The translations under genes and the position numbers were made by a program. This document shows, piece by piece, positions 48,872 through 62,603 of a DNA stretch of 64,000 nt. The notes under the pieces are model-generated. The model had not been told where the DNA came from and ran no database searches. It was given only the letters and a program-made list of their open reading frames with translations. The DNA is taken from contig JANJGN010000023.1 in NCBI GenBank assembly GCA_026770705.1, positions 9,982,001-10,046,000 of the forward strand, given 5' to 3'. Position 1 is the first letter of the stretch. Each line of letters starts with the position of its first letter. The stretch comes from Isurus oxyrinchus (lineage: Eukaryota).

Positions 48872-51800
48872 TTGTTCACGAGTCAGAAAGCTTCAGGGAG
48901 ACACCCTCACACTGTCTGCTTCTAAATGTCATCAAAATTTAGTGATGAACCGGCAAACTCGTACAGAACTGCCTGCTTCACATCCTGCCTCTTTCACTGC
49001 TTCGTGCCAAACTGCATTTCAGAATGAAGCCACATACTCCTGTATTCCGGCGGGTTGGTTATTCTGTTGTATTTTTTTGGTTCTGACCAAATATTTTCTA
49101 AATTTTAGAAAGCGCCATGGAGAGCAAACACGCCCAAGCGAAATACACCGGATGTTGGAAATCTGAAATAAAAACAGTAAAAGCAGGAAGTACACAGCAT
49201 CTATGAAGACAAAAATTGGAATCAGTCAGGTTAATGATCTTTCATTCTGTTTGTCGGCGGAATACCTGCCCCGAGTCGCCGAACAAGACTGCAAAGTTCA
49301 GTGTGGATAGGACTCATTGACATTCAGCAGTTCCTCACACACCAACATATTTAATCTGAGGAGAGACTTCATCCTCCTCTGAGCTGCCGCCCCTGCTTGT
49401 TTTGTGGTGAGAGTTGGAACTGCAGCTGTAGAGCAGAGCGGGATCAGCAATGCTGCCGGATCTAAGCGGATACCTGTCCTGGTTTGTAAACCTCTTGTGG
49501 ACCTTTGTGAGAAAGAAGGGAGATGGAAAGGCGGTTTCCTCCAGTCCAGCTCTTGTGATCGGTGGAGGCAGAAATAGCAGCGTTAACATTAACATTCAGA
49601 CTGTTATCATTAAAATCCCTACAATTAAATATGTTTTGATAACCCAAATTATAACCATAAATGTCATCAAAATCTGCTGATGAACGGACAAACTCGTACA
49701 GAAGCGCCTGCTTCACAGCCTGCCTCCTTCACTGACTCGTGCCAAGCTGCATTTCAGAATGAAGCCACATCTTCTTGTATCTCGGCTGGCTGATTATTCT
49801 GTTATATTTTATGTGTCTGTTTCTTGGGTGTCAGTTCTCTGTACTTCTGGGTGGTGATTTCCAGCCCTGCATCATGACTCAACTTCGCTACCGCAGCGGT
49901 TCCAGGTCCCAGCACGAACACAACCACAGCAGCACCACAGGAGAAGTGGGAGACTCTCTAATCTATTTGATATATTGCTGTGTGAGGAGCGGCTGAGTGT
50001 CGCTGACTCATATCCTCACTGAACATTGCAGCATTACTCGGCGCCTCGGCGCAGCTGAGTTTACAGCCCCGGCCAAGAACTGAGCCCAGAGAGAGTGAAA
50101 TATATTTTGTGTGTTTCAGGCAATGACTCCTGGCCAGTCAGCAGCAGAGAGGCGGAGGTCGATTCAGTGGGAAAAACGCTGCTTGGAGTTCTTACCGAAA
50201 CTTTAGTAGAGGAAAATTCCTCGTTTTATTTAACCTCAGTACTGAACTCCTCCTCAGAGCTGTTTCTGTTCATGCGGGGCGATTATCATTTTGAAATCGG
50301 CTGTTTCAATCGCATCAAATCTTCATCTCGTCACTGGTAAAGTGGTGGCAGCGGCTGGAGAAAAAAAAAGACACAAATTTCACTCATTGCCTGTTGCTCT
50401 GAGACCTCCGTCTTCACCGAAACTGAGAAATGTATTTTTAGATGTCTGTCGGGAAAATGTGTTGTCCAAATCAAAAAGGACACCATAATTTCTAAATTTT
50501 AGACATTGCCATGGAGACCAGACGCGCCCAAGAAAAATACACCGGATGCTGGAAATCAGCAATAAAACAGAAAATACGCAGCATCTATGAAAACTAAAAA
50601 TTAGAAACTATCAGGTCAATGATCTTTCATTCTGTTTATCGGCGGAATATCTGCCCCGAGCCGCCGAACAATGCTGCAATGTTCAGTGTGGATATGAGAC
50701 AGTGACATTCAGCAGTTCCTCACACACCGACATATTTAAACTGAGGAGAGACTTCATCCTCTGCTGAGCTGGAGACGCTGCTTGTGTTTGTGGTGAGAGC
50801 TGGAACTGCAGCTGTAGAGCAGAGCGGGATCAGCTATGCTGTCGGATCTAAGCGGATACCTGTCCTGGTTTGTAAACCTCTTGTGGACCATTGTGAGAAA
50901 GAAGGGAGATGGAAACGCGATTTCCTCCAGTCCAGCTCTTGTGATCGATGGAGGCAGAAATAGCAGAATAAACATTAACATTCAGAATGTTATCATTAAT
51001 ATCGATACAATTAAATAATGTGGTCAATATCCCAAATTATAACCAGACTCCAGGGTGATTGTTTGTGCAGTCGGCGGACATGATCAATCGTTTTATTTCA
51101 ATTCACGTTGGACAAATGCCGAAAAGTTCGAAACATTGCGGGACGCTTCGATGTTAAAATGTCATAATTTGATCACATTGTTCAACATGGAACATAATGT
51201 TATCTTTTTGTTCTTTTAAGAAAAGTAAACGATTGTGAACCACCCCAAATGCTCATTAGTGTTTCTCCTTACCTGTCCTCACCTTTAATATGTTGCTGTA
51301 TGAGGAGCTGCTGTGGGACGCGGGCTAATATCCACAGTGAACATTGCAGCATTGCACGGCGCTGCTGAACTTACACCTGTGACTCTGAACCGAGCGCCGA
51401 CAGAGAGTTCTGTGTGTTTCAGGCAATGACTCCTGGCTGCCGGATGTAAGTAGGGCCGGTCCAGCTCGCGTAGCCCAAATCCGATAAACGAATAAAAAAA
51501 TGTTCAGATGAGTCAATAAGCTTCAGGGAGACACCCTCACACTGTCTGCATCTAAATGTCATCAGAAATTACTGATGAACCAGCAAACTCATTCAGAACT
51601 GCCTGCTTCACATCCTGCATCTTTCACTGCTTCGTGCCAAACCACATTTCAGAATGAAGCCACATGCTCTTGTATGCCGGCGGGCTCGTTATACTGTTGC
51701 ATTTTCTTCGGTCTGACTAAATAATTTCTAAACATTATACAACGTCATAGATACCAAACGCGACCAAGCAAAATACTCCGGATGCTGGAAATCTGAAATA

Positions 51801-52108
51801 AAAACCGTAAAAGCAGGAAATTCGCAGCATCTATGAAGAAAAAAAAATGGAATCAGTCAAGTCAACGATCTTTCATTCTGTGTATCGGCGGAGTATCCGC
51901 CCCGATCCGCCGAACAATGCTGCAATGTTCCGTGTGGATATGAGTCAGTGACATTCAGCAGTTCCTCACACACCAACATATTTAAACTGAGGAGCGACTT
52001 CATCCTCTGCTGAGCTGGTGACGCTGCTTGTGCTTGTGGTGAGAGCTGGAACTGCAGCTGTAGAGCAGACCGGGATCAGCAATGCTGCCGGAGCTAAGCG
52101 GATAAACG

Positions 52109-53121
52109 AGTCTCCAGAGTCACTCTTTGTGCAGTCGGCGGATATGATCAATCATTTTGTTGCAGTTCACCATTGGCAAATGCCAAGAAGTTCAAAATTT
52201 AAAACGAATCATTGCGGGAAGCATCGCTGTTATAATGTTATAATTTGATCACATTTTTCAACATGGAATATAAGGTAGCCTTGTTGTGCTGTTAAGGAAA
52301 TTACGATTCTGGAAAACCTCAAAAGCACGTTAGTGTTTGTCTTTACCTTTTTTCACCTTTTATATCTTGCTGTATGAGGAGCTGCTGTGGGACACGGGCT
52401 CATATCCAAAGTGAACATTGCAGCATTGCTCTGCGCTGCTGAATTAACACCGAGTGCAGACAGAGTGTTTTGTGTGTTTCAGGCAATGACCCTTGGCTAA
52501 AAATGGGAATCTGTTAGGTCAATGATGCTTCATTGTTCTGTGTGGAGATGAATCAGAGACATTGAGCAATTACTCACACACCAAAATATTTAATCTGAGG
52601 AGACACTTCATCCTCTACTGAGCTGGTGCCTTTGCTTGTATTTGTGGTGAAAGCCGGAACTGCAGCTGTAGAGCAGAGCGGGATCAGCAATGCTGCCGGA
52701 TCTCAGCATCGCCGAGCAGCCGAGCGATGCTGCAATGGAACTCTATTCCTAACAGCACAGTGGATGTACCTACACCACATGGACTGCAGCGGTTCAAGAA
52801 GGCAGCTCACCACCACATTCCCAAGGGCAATTAGGGATAGGCAATAAATGCTGGCGCAGGCAGAGAAGCCAACATCCGGTGAATGAATAAAAAAATCTTC
52901 ACTTTAGATATGAGTCAGTGAAATTCAGTGAAACACCCACACACTGTCTGCTTCTAAATGTCATCAAAAGTTCATGACGAACCGGCAAACTCGGAAAGAA
53001 CAGCCTGGTTCACGTCCTGGCTTTTTTACTGATTTGCGCCAAACTGCATTTCAAAATGAAGCCACATCCTCTTGTATGCCGGCGGGGTGTCTATTCTGTT
53101 GTATTTTCTTGGTCTGACTAA
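52109..53121 (+). repeat. Type C block 2
   Basis: Shares the diagnostic AGTCTCCAGAGTCAC start, GGCTAAAAATGGGAATCTGTTAGGTC junction and GGCAGAGAAGCCAACATCCG LINE tail with block 1. Confidence 0.9.
52736..52895 (+). mobile_element. 5'-truncated 3' end of a CR1-like non-LTR retrotransposon (best-preserved copy)
   Basis: 52736-52834 reads WNSIPNSTVDVPTPHGLQRFKKAAHHHIPKGN*. The WNSLP-type motif is typical of CR1/L2-group ORF2 C-termini. It is followed by GGCAATAAATGCTGG...CATCC...GAATGAATAAAAAAA. Family recognised from memory of shark LINEs, not by a database search. Confidence 0.85.
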
Positions 53122-54140
53122 ATAATTTCTGAATTTTAGACAGCGCCATGGATACCAAACACGCCAAAGAAAAATACACCGGATGATGGAAATCTGAAAT
53201 AAAAACAGTAAAAGCAGGAAATACACAGCATCTATGAAGAGAAAAAATTGGAATCAGTCAGGTCAATGATCTTTCATTCTGTTTATCGGCGGAATATCTG
53301 CCCCGAGCCGCCGAACAATGCTGCAATGTTCAGTGTGGATATGAGTCAGTGACATTCAGCAGTTCCTCACACACCAACATATTTAAACTGAGAAGCGACT
53401 TCATCATCTACTGAGCTGACGACGCTGCGTGTGTTTGTGGTGAGAGCTGGAACTGCAGCTGTAGAGCAGAGCGGAATCAGCAATGCTGCCGGATCTAAGC
53501 GGATACCTGTCCTGGTTTGTAAACCTCTTGTGGACCACTGTGAGAAAGAAGGGAGATGGAAAGGCGGTTTCCTCCAGTCCAGCTCTTGTGATCGATGGAG
53601 ACAGAAATAGCAGCGTTAACATTAACATTCAGAATGTTATCATTAATATCGATACAATTAAATAATGTGGTTAATATCCCAAATTATAACCAGATTCCAG
53701 GGTGATTGTTTGTGCAGTCGGCGGATATGATCAATCGTTTTATTTCAATTCACCGTTTTACAAATGCCGAGAAGTTCAAAAGTGCAAAACGAAACATTGC
53801 GGGAAGCTTCAATGTTAAAATGTTTTAATTTGATCACATTGTTCAACATGGAATATAATGTAATCTTTTTGTGCTTTGAAGAAAAATAAACGATTGTGAA
53901 CCACCCCAAATGCACATTAGAGTTTCTGTTTTGCTTTCTTCACCTTTAATATGTTGCTGTATGAGGAGCTGCCGTGAGACACGGGCTAATATCCACAGTG
54001 AGCATTGCAGCATTGCTGGGCGCTGCTGGACTTACACCCGTGACCATGAACCGAGCGCCGACAGAGAGTTCTGTGTGTTTCAGGCAATGACTCCTGGCTG
54101 CCGGATGTAAGTAGCGCTGAGCAGCAGAGCGATGCTGTCA

Positions 54141-54300
54141 TGGAACTCTATTCCTAACAGCACAGGGTCTGTACCTACTCCCCATGGGATTGAAGACGTT
54201 CAAGAAGGCAGCTCACCACCACCCCCTCAAAGGCAACTAGGGATGGGCAATAAATGCCGGTCGAGCTGGCGTAGCCTAAATCCGATAAACGAATAAAATA
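54141..54300 (+). mobile_element. CR1-like LINE 3' fragment (diverged B' copy)
   Basis: GTTCAAGAAGGCAGCTCACCACCACC...GGGCAATAAATGCC. Confidence 0.8.
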
Positions 54301-56903
54301 TATGTTCAGATGCGGCAGTAAGCTTCAGGGAACCTCCCTCACACTGTCTGCTTCTAAATGTCATCAAAATTTACTGTTGAACCGGCAAACTCTTACAGAA
54401 CTGCTTGCTTCACATCCTGCCTCTTTCACTGCTTCGTGCCAAACTGCATTTCAGAATGAAGCCACATCCTCCTGTATTCCGGCGGGCTGGTTATTCTGTT
54501 GTATTTTCTTGAAGTGACCAAATAATTTCTAAACTTTAGACAGCGCGATGGAGACCAAACACGCCCAAGAAAAATACACCGGATGCTGGACATCTGAAAT
54601 AAAAACAGTAAAATCAGGAAATATGCAGCATCTATGAAGATGAAAAATTGGAATCAGTCAGGTCAATGATCTTTCTTTCTGTTTGTCGGGGGAGTATCTG
54701 CCCCGAGCCGAAGAACAATGCTGCAATGTTCAGTGTGGATATGAGTCAGTGACTTCAGCAGTTCCTCACACTCTAACATATTTAATCTGAGGAGAGACTT
54801 CTTCATCTACTGAGCTGGCGACGCTGATTCTATTTGTGGTGAGAGCTGGAACTGCAGCTGTAGAGCAGAGCGGGATCAGGAATGATGCCGGATCTAAGCG
54901 GAAACCTGTCCTGGTTTGCAAACCTCTTGTGGACCTTTGTGAGAAAGAAGGGAGATGGAAACGCGGACTCCTCCAGTCCGGCTCCTGAGATCGGTGGAGG
55001 CTGAAAAAGCAGTGCTAACATTCAGAATGTTATCATTAGAATTCCTACAATGAAATATGTTTTGATAACCCAAATTATAACCATAAATGTCATCAAAATC
55101 TGCTGATGAACCGGCAAACTCATACAGAAGCGTCTGCTTCACATCCTGCCTCTTTCACTGACTCGTGCCAAGCTGCATTTCAGAATGAAGCCACATCCTC
55201 TTGTATCCCGGCTGGCTGATTATTCTGATGTAATTTATGGGACAGTTTCCTGGGTGTCAGTTCTCTGTACTTCTGGGTGGTGATTTCCAGCCCTGCAACA
55301 TGACTCAAGTTCGCTACAGCAGCGGTTCCAGCTCCCAGCACGAACACAACCACAGAAGCAGCGGAGGAGAAGTGGGAGACTCTCCTTTAATCCATTTGAT
55401 ATGTTGCTCTGTGAGGAGCGGCTGAGTGTCGCTGACTGATATCCTCACTGAACATTGCAGCATTACTCGGCGGCTCGGCGCTGCTGAATTTACAGCCCCG
55501 ACCACGAACCGAGCCCAGAGAGAGTGAAATATATTTTGTGTGTTTCAGGCAATGACTCCTGGCCAGTCAGCAGCAGAGAGGCGGAGGTTGGTTCAGTGGG
55601 AAAAACGCTGCTTGGAGTTCTTACCGAAACTTTAGTAGAGGAACATTCCACGTTTTATTTAACCTCAGTACTGAGCACCACCTCGGAGCTGTTTATGTTC
55701 ATGCGGCGCGATTTTCATTTTGAAATTGGCTGGTTCAATCGCATCAAATCTTCATCTCGTCACCTTTTAAGCGGTGGCAGCGGCTGGAGAAAAAAAAGAC
55801 ACAAATTTCACTCATTGCCTGTTCCTCTGAGACCCCCGTCTTCACCGAAACTGAGAAATGTATTTTTTAGACGTCCGTTGGGAAAATGTGTTGTCCAAAT
55901 CAAAAAGGACACCATCATTTCTAAATTTTAGACATTGCCATGGAGACCAGACGCGCCCAAGAAAAATACACCGGATGCTGGAAATCTGAAATAAAACAGA
56001 AAATACGCAGCATCTATGAAAACTAAAAATTAGAATCTATCAGGTCAATGATCTTTTATTCTGTTCATCGGCGGAATATCTGCCCCGCGCCGCCGAACAA
56101 TGCTGCAATGTTCAGTGTGGATATGAGTCAGTGGCATTCAGCATTTCCTCACACATCAACATAATTAAACTGAGGAGAGACTTCATCCTCTACTGAGCTG
56201 GCGACGCTGCTTGTGTTTGTGGTGAGAGCTGGAACTGCAGCTGCAGAGCAGAGCGGGATCAGCAATGCTGCCGGATCTAAGCGGATACCTGTCCTGGTTT
56301 GTAAACCTCTTGTGGACCATTGTGAGAAAGAAGGGAGATGGAAAGGCGGTTTCCTCCACGCCAGCTCTTGTGATCGATGGAGGCAGAAATAGCAGCGTTA
56401 ACATTAACATTCAGAATGTTATCATTAATATCGATACAATTAAATAATGTGGTCAATATCCCAAATTATAACCAGATTCCAGGGTGATTGTGCAGTCGGC
56501 GGATATGATCAATCGTTTTATTTCAATTCACCGTTTTACAAATGCCGAGAAGTTCAAAAGTGCAAAACGAAACATTGCGGGAAGCTTCAATATTAAAATG
56601 TTTTAATTTGATCACATTGTTCAACATGGAATATAATGTAATCTTTTTGTGCTTTGAAGAAAAATAAACGATTGTGAACCACCCCAAATGCACATTAGTG
56701 TTTCTCTTTTGCTTTCTTCACCTTTAATATGTTGCTGTATGAGGAGCTGCCGTGAGACACGGGCTAATATCCACAGTGCTGGGAGCTGCTGAACTTACAC
56801 CCGTGACCATGAACCGAGCGCCGACAGAGAGTTCTGTGTGTTTCAGGCAATGACTCCTGGCTGCCGGATGTAAGTAGCGCCGAGCAGCCGAGCGATGCTG
56901 TCA

Positions 56904-57062
56904 TGGAACTCTATTCCTAACAGCACAGGGGCTCTACCTCACCACGCGGATTGCAGTGGTTCAAGAATGCTGCTCACCAGCACCTTCTGAAAGGCAACTA
57001 GGGATGGGCAATAAATGCCGGCCCAACCCGCGTAGCCCAAATCCGATAGACGAATAAAAAAA
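56904..57062 (+). mobile_element. CR1-like LINE 3' fragment (B copy)
   Basis: Same motif set as 3983-4141. Confidence 0.8.
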
Positions 57063-59663
57063 TGTTCACATGAGTCAGGAAGCTTCAGGGAACCTCCCTC
57101 ACACTGTCTGCTTCTAAATGTCATCAGAGATTACTGATGAACTAGCAACCTTGTACAGAACTGCTTGCTTCACATCCTGCCTCTTTCACTGCTTCGTGCC
57201 AAACTGCATTTCAGAACGAAGGCACATCCTCTTGTATTCCGGAGGGATGTTTATTCTGTTGTGATTTCTTGGTCTGACTTAATAAGTTCAAAACTTTAGA
57301 CAGCGCCATGGAGACCAAACGCACCCAAGCAAAATACAACGGATGCTGGAAATCGGAAGAAAACCCGTAAAAGCAGGAAATTCGCAGCATCTATGAAGAC
57401 AAAAACATGGGTTCATTGAAGTCAACGAACTTTCATTCTGTTTATCGGCGGAGTATCCGCCCCGAGCCGCCGAACAATGCTGCAATGTTCCGTGTGGATA
57501 TGAGTCAGTGACATTCAGCAGTTCCTCACACACCAACATATTTCATCTGAGGAGAGACTTCATCCTCCACTGAGCTTGCGCCCCTGCTTGTGCTTGTGGT
57601 GAGAGCTGGAACTGCAGCTGAAGAGCAGAGCGGGATCAGCTATGCTGTCGGATCTAAGCGGATACCTGTCCTGGTTTGTAAACCTCTTGTGGACCATTGT
57701 GAGAAAGAAGGGAGATAGAAAGGCGGTTTCCTCCAGTCCTGCTCTTGTGATCGATGGAGGCAGAAATAGCAGCGTTCACATTCAGAATGTTTTGATTAAA
57801 ATTCCTACAATTAAATATGTTTTGATATTCCAAATTATAACCATAAATGTCATCAAAATCTGCTGATCAACCCGCAACCTCATACAGAACTGCCTGCTTC
57901 ACAGCCTGACTCTTTCACTGTCTCGTACCAAGCTGCATTTCAGAATGACGCCACATCCTCTTGTATCCCGGCTAGCTGATTATTCTGTTGTATTTTATGG
58001 GTCTGTTTCCTGGGTGTCAGTTCTCTGTACATCTGGGTGGTGATTTCCAGCCCTGCAACATGACTCAACTTCGCTACAGCAGCGGTTCCAGGTCCCAGCA
58101 CGAACACAACCATAGCAGCAGCACAGGAGAAGTGGGAGACTCTACTTTAATCCATTTGAAATGTTGCTGTGTGAGGAGCTGCTGAGTGTCGCTGACTCAT
58201 ATCCTCACTGAACATTGCAGCATTACTCGGCAGCTGGGCGCTGCTGAATTTACAGCCCCGGCCACGAACAGAGCCCAGAGAGAGTGAAATATGTTTTGTG
58301 TGTTTCAGGCAATGACTCCTGGTCAGTCAGCAGCAGAGAGGCGGAGGTGGGTTCAGTGGGAAAAACGCTGCTTGGAGTTCTTAACGAAACTTTGGTTGAG
58401 GAAAATTCCTCGTTTTATTTAACCTCAGTACTGAACTCCTCCTCAGAGCTGTTTCTGTTCATGCGGGGCGATTTTCATTTTGAAATCGGCTGGTTCAATC
58501 GCATCAAATCTTCATCTCGTCACCTTTTAAGCGGTGGCAGCGGCTGGAGAAAAAAAAGACACAAATTTCACTCATTGCCTGTTCCTCTGAGACCCCCGTC
58601 TTCACCGAAACTGAGAAATGTATTTTTTAGACGTCCGTTGGGAAAATGTGTTGTCCAAATCAAAAAGGACACCATCATTTCTAAATTTTAGACATTGCCA
58701 TGGAGACCAGACGCGCCCAAGAAACATACACCGGATGCTGGAAATCAGAAATAAAACAGAAAATACGCAGCATCTATGAAAACTAAAAATTAGAATCTAT
58801 CAGGTCAATGATCTTTTATTCTGTTCATCGGCGGAATATCTGCCCCGCGCCGCCGAACAATGCTGCAATGTTCAGTGTGGATATGAGTCAGTGGCATTCA
58901 GCATTTCCTCACACACCGACATATTTAAACTGAGGAGAGACTTCATTCTCTACTGAGCTGGCGCCCCTCCTTGTGTTTGTGGTGAGAGCTGGAACTGCAG
59001 CTGCAGAGCAGAGCGGGATCAGCAATGCTGCCGGATCTAAGCGGATACCTGTCCTGGTTTGTAAACCTCTTGTGGACCATTGTGAGAAAGAAGGGAGATG
59101 GAAAGGCGGTTTCCTCCACGCCAGCTCTTGTGATCGATGGAGGCAGAAATAGCAGCGTTAACATTAACATTCAGAATGTTATCATTAATATCGATACAAT
59201 TAAATAATGTGGTCAATATCCCAAATTATAACCAGATTCCAGGGTGATTGTGCAGTCGGCGGATATGATCAATCGTTTTATTTCAATTCACCGTTTTACA
59301 AATGCCGAGAAGTTCAAAAGTGCAAAACGAAACATTGCGGGAAGCTTCAATATTAAAATGTTTTAATTTGATCACATTGTTCAACATGGAATATAATGTA
59401 ATCTTTTTGTGCTTTGAAGAAAAATAAACGATTGTGAACCACCCCAAATGCACATTAGTGTTTCTCTTTTGCTTTCTTCACCTTTAATATGTTGCTGTAT
59501 GAGGAGCTGCCGTGAGACACGGGCTAATATCCACAGTGCTGGGAGCTGCTGAACTTACACCCGTGACCATGAACCGAGCGCCGACAGAGAGTTCTGTGTG
59601 TTTCAGGCAATGACTCCTGGCTGCCGGATGTAAGTAGCGCCGAGCAGCCGAGCGATGCTGTCA

Positions 59664-59822
59664 TGGAACTCTATTCCTAACAGCACAGGGGCTCTACCTC
59701 ACCACGCGGATTGCAGTGGTTCAAGAATGCTGCTCACCAGCACCTTCTGAAAGGCAACTAGGGATGGGCAATAAATGCCGGCCCAACCCGCGTAGCCCAA
59801 ATCCGATAGACGAATAAAAAAA
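59664..59822 (+). mobile_element. CR1-like LINE 3' fragment (B copy)
   Basis: +2760 copy of 56904-57062. Confidence 0.8.
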
Positions 59823-62444
59823 TGTTCACATGAGTCAGGAAGCTTCAGGGAACCTCCCTCACACTGTCTGCTTCTAAATGTCATCAGAGATTACTGATGA
59901 ACTAGCAACCTTGTACAGAACTGCTTGCTTCACATCCTGCCTCTTTCACTGCTTCGTGCCAAACTGCATTTCAGAATGATGGCACATCCTCTTGTATTCC
60001 GGAGGGATGTTTATTCTGTTGTGATTTCTTGGTCTGACTTAATAAGTTCAAAACTTTAGACAGCGCCATGGAGACCAAACGCACCCAAGCAAAATACAAC
60101 GGATGCTGGAAATCGGAAGAAAACCCGTAAAAGCAGGAAATTCGCAGCATCTATGAAGACAAAAACATGGGTTCATTGAAGTCAACGAACTTTCATTCTG
60201 TTTATCGGCGGAGTATCCGCCCCGAGCCGCCGAACAATGCTGCAATGTTCCGTGCGGATATGAGTCAGTGACATTCAGCAGTTCCTCACACACCAACATA
60301 TTTCATCTGAGGAGAGACTTCATCCTCCACTGAGCTTGCGCCCCTGCTTGTGCTTGCGGTGAGAGCTGGAACTGCAGCTGAAGAGCAGAGCGGGATCAGC
60401 TATGCTGTCGGATCTAAGCGGATACCTGTCCTGGTTTGTAAACCTCTTGTGGACCATTGTGAGAAAGAAGGGAGATGGAAAGGCGGTTTCCTCCAGTCCT
60501 GCTCTTGTGATCGATGGAGGCAGAAATAGCAGCGTTCACATTCAGAATGTTTTGATTAAAATTCCTACAATTAAATATGTTTTGATATTCCAAATTATAA
60601 CCATAAATGTCATCAAAATCTGCTGATCAACCCGCAACCTCATACAGAACTGCCTGCTTCACAGCCTGACTCTTTCACTGTCTCGTACCAAGCTGCATTT
60701 CAGAATGACGCCACATCCTCTTGTATCCCGGCTAGCTGATTATTCTGTTGTATTTTATGGGTCTGTTTCCTGGGTGTCAGTTCTCTGTACATCTGGGTGG
60801 TGATTTCCAGCCCTGCAACATGACTCAACTTCGCTACAGCAGCGGTTCCAGGTCCCAGCACGAACACAACCATAGCAGCAGCACAGGAGAAGTGGGAGAC
60901 TCTACTTTAATCCATTTGAAATGTTGCTGTGTGAGGAGCTGCTGAGTGTCGCTGACTCATATCCTCACTGAACATTGCAGCATTACTCGGCAGCTGGGCG
61001 CTGCTGAATTTACAGCCCCGGCCACGAACAGAGCCCAGAGAGAGTGAAATATGTTTTGTGTGTTTCAGGCAATGACTCCTGGTCAGTCAGCAGCAGAGAG
61101 GCGGAGGTGGGTTCAGTGGGAAAAACGCTGCTTGGAGTTCTTAACGAAACTTTGGTTGAGGAAAATTCCTCGTTTTATTTAACCTCAGTACTGAACTCCT
61201 CCTCAGAGCTGTTTCTGTTCATGCGGGGCGATTTTCATTTTGAAATCGGCTGGTTCAATCGCATCAAATCTTCATCTCGTCACCTTTTAAGCGGTGGCAG
61301 CGGCTGGAGAAAAAAAAAAGACACAAATTTCACTCATTACCTGTTCCTCTGAGACCCCGTCTTCACCGAAACTGAGAAATGTATTTTTTAGACGTCTATC
61401 GGGAAAATGTTTTGTTCAAATCAAGAAGGACACCATAATTTCTAAATTTTAGACATTGCCATGGAGACGAGAGGCGCCCAAGAAAACTACACCGGATACT
61501 GGAAATGTAAAATAAAAACAGAAAATAGTCAGCATCTATGAAAACTAAAAATTAGAATCTATCAAGTCAATGATCTTTTATTCTGTTCTTCGGCGCAATA
61601 TCGGCCCCGAGACGCCGAACAATGCTGCAATGTTCAGTGTGGATATGAGTCAGTGACATTCAGCATTTCCTCACACACCGACATATTTAAACTGAGGAGA
61701 GACTTCATCCTCTACTGAGCTGGCGACGCTGCTTGTGTTTGTGGTGAGAGCTGGAACTGCAGCTGTAGAGCAGAGCGGGATCAGCAATGCTGCCGGATCT
61801 AAGCGGATACTTGTCCTGGTTTGTAAACATCTTGTGGACCATTGTGAGAAAGAAGGGAGATGGAAAGGCGGTTTCCTCCAGTCCAGCTCTTGTGATCGAT
61901 GGAGGCAGAAATAGCAGCGTTAACATAAACATTCAGACTGTTATCATTAACACCGACACAATGAAATAATGTGGTCAATATCCCAAATTATAACCAGATT
62001 CCAGGGTGATTGTTTGTGCAGTCGGCGGATATGATCAATCGTTTTATTTCAATTCACCGTTTTACAAATGCCGAGAAGTTCAAAAGTGCAAAACGAAACA
62101 TTGCGGGAAGCTGCAATATTAAAATGTTTTAATTTGATCACATTGTTCAGCATGGAATATAATGTAATCTTTTTGTGCTTTGAAGAAAAATAAACGATTG
62201 TGAACCACCCCAAATGCACATTAGAGTTTCTCTTTTGCTTTCTTCACCTTTAATGTGTTGCTGTATGAGGAGCTGCCGTGAGACACGGGCTAATATCCAC
62301 AGTGAACTTTGCAGCATTGCTGGGCGGTGCTGAACTTACACCCGTGACCATGAACCGAGCGCCGACAGAGAGTTCTGTGTGTTTCAGGCAATGACTCCTG
62401 GCTGCCGGATGTAAATAGCGCCGAGCAGCCGAGCGATGCTGTCA

Positions 62445-62603
62445 TGGAACTTTATTCCTAACAGCACAGGGGCTCTACCCCACCACGCGGATTGCAGTGG
62501 TTCAAGAATGCTGCTCACCAGCACCTTCTGAAAGGCAACTAGGGATGGGCAATAAATGCCGGCCCAACCCGCGTAGCCCAAATCCGATAGACGAATAAAA
62601 AAA
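62445..62603 (+). mobile_element. CR1-like LINE 3' fragment (B copy)
   Basis: Same motif set as 3983-4141. Confidence 0.8.

Larger units (their letters stand above)
55700..61300 (+). repeat. Higher-order repeat, 2760-bp BA dimer duplicated
   Basis: 56265/59025, 56939/59699, 57642/60402 and 58284/61044 are all +2760. Both copies share a 15-bp deletion (CCACAGTG^CTGGGAG at ~56778/59538). Confidence 0.93.
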
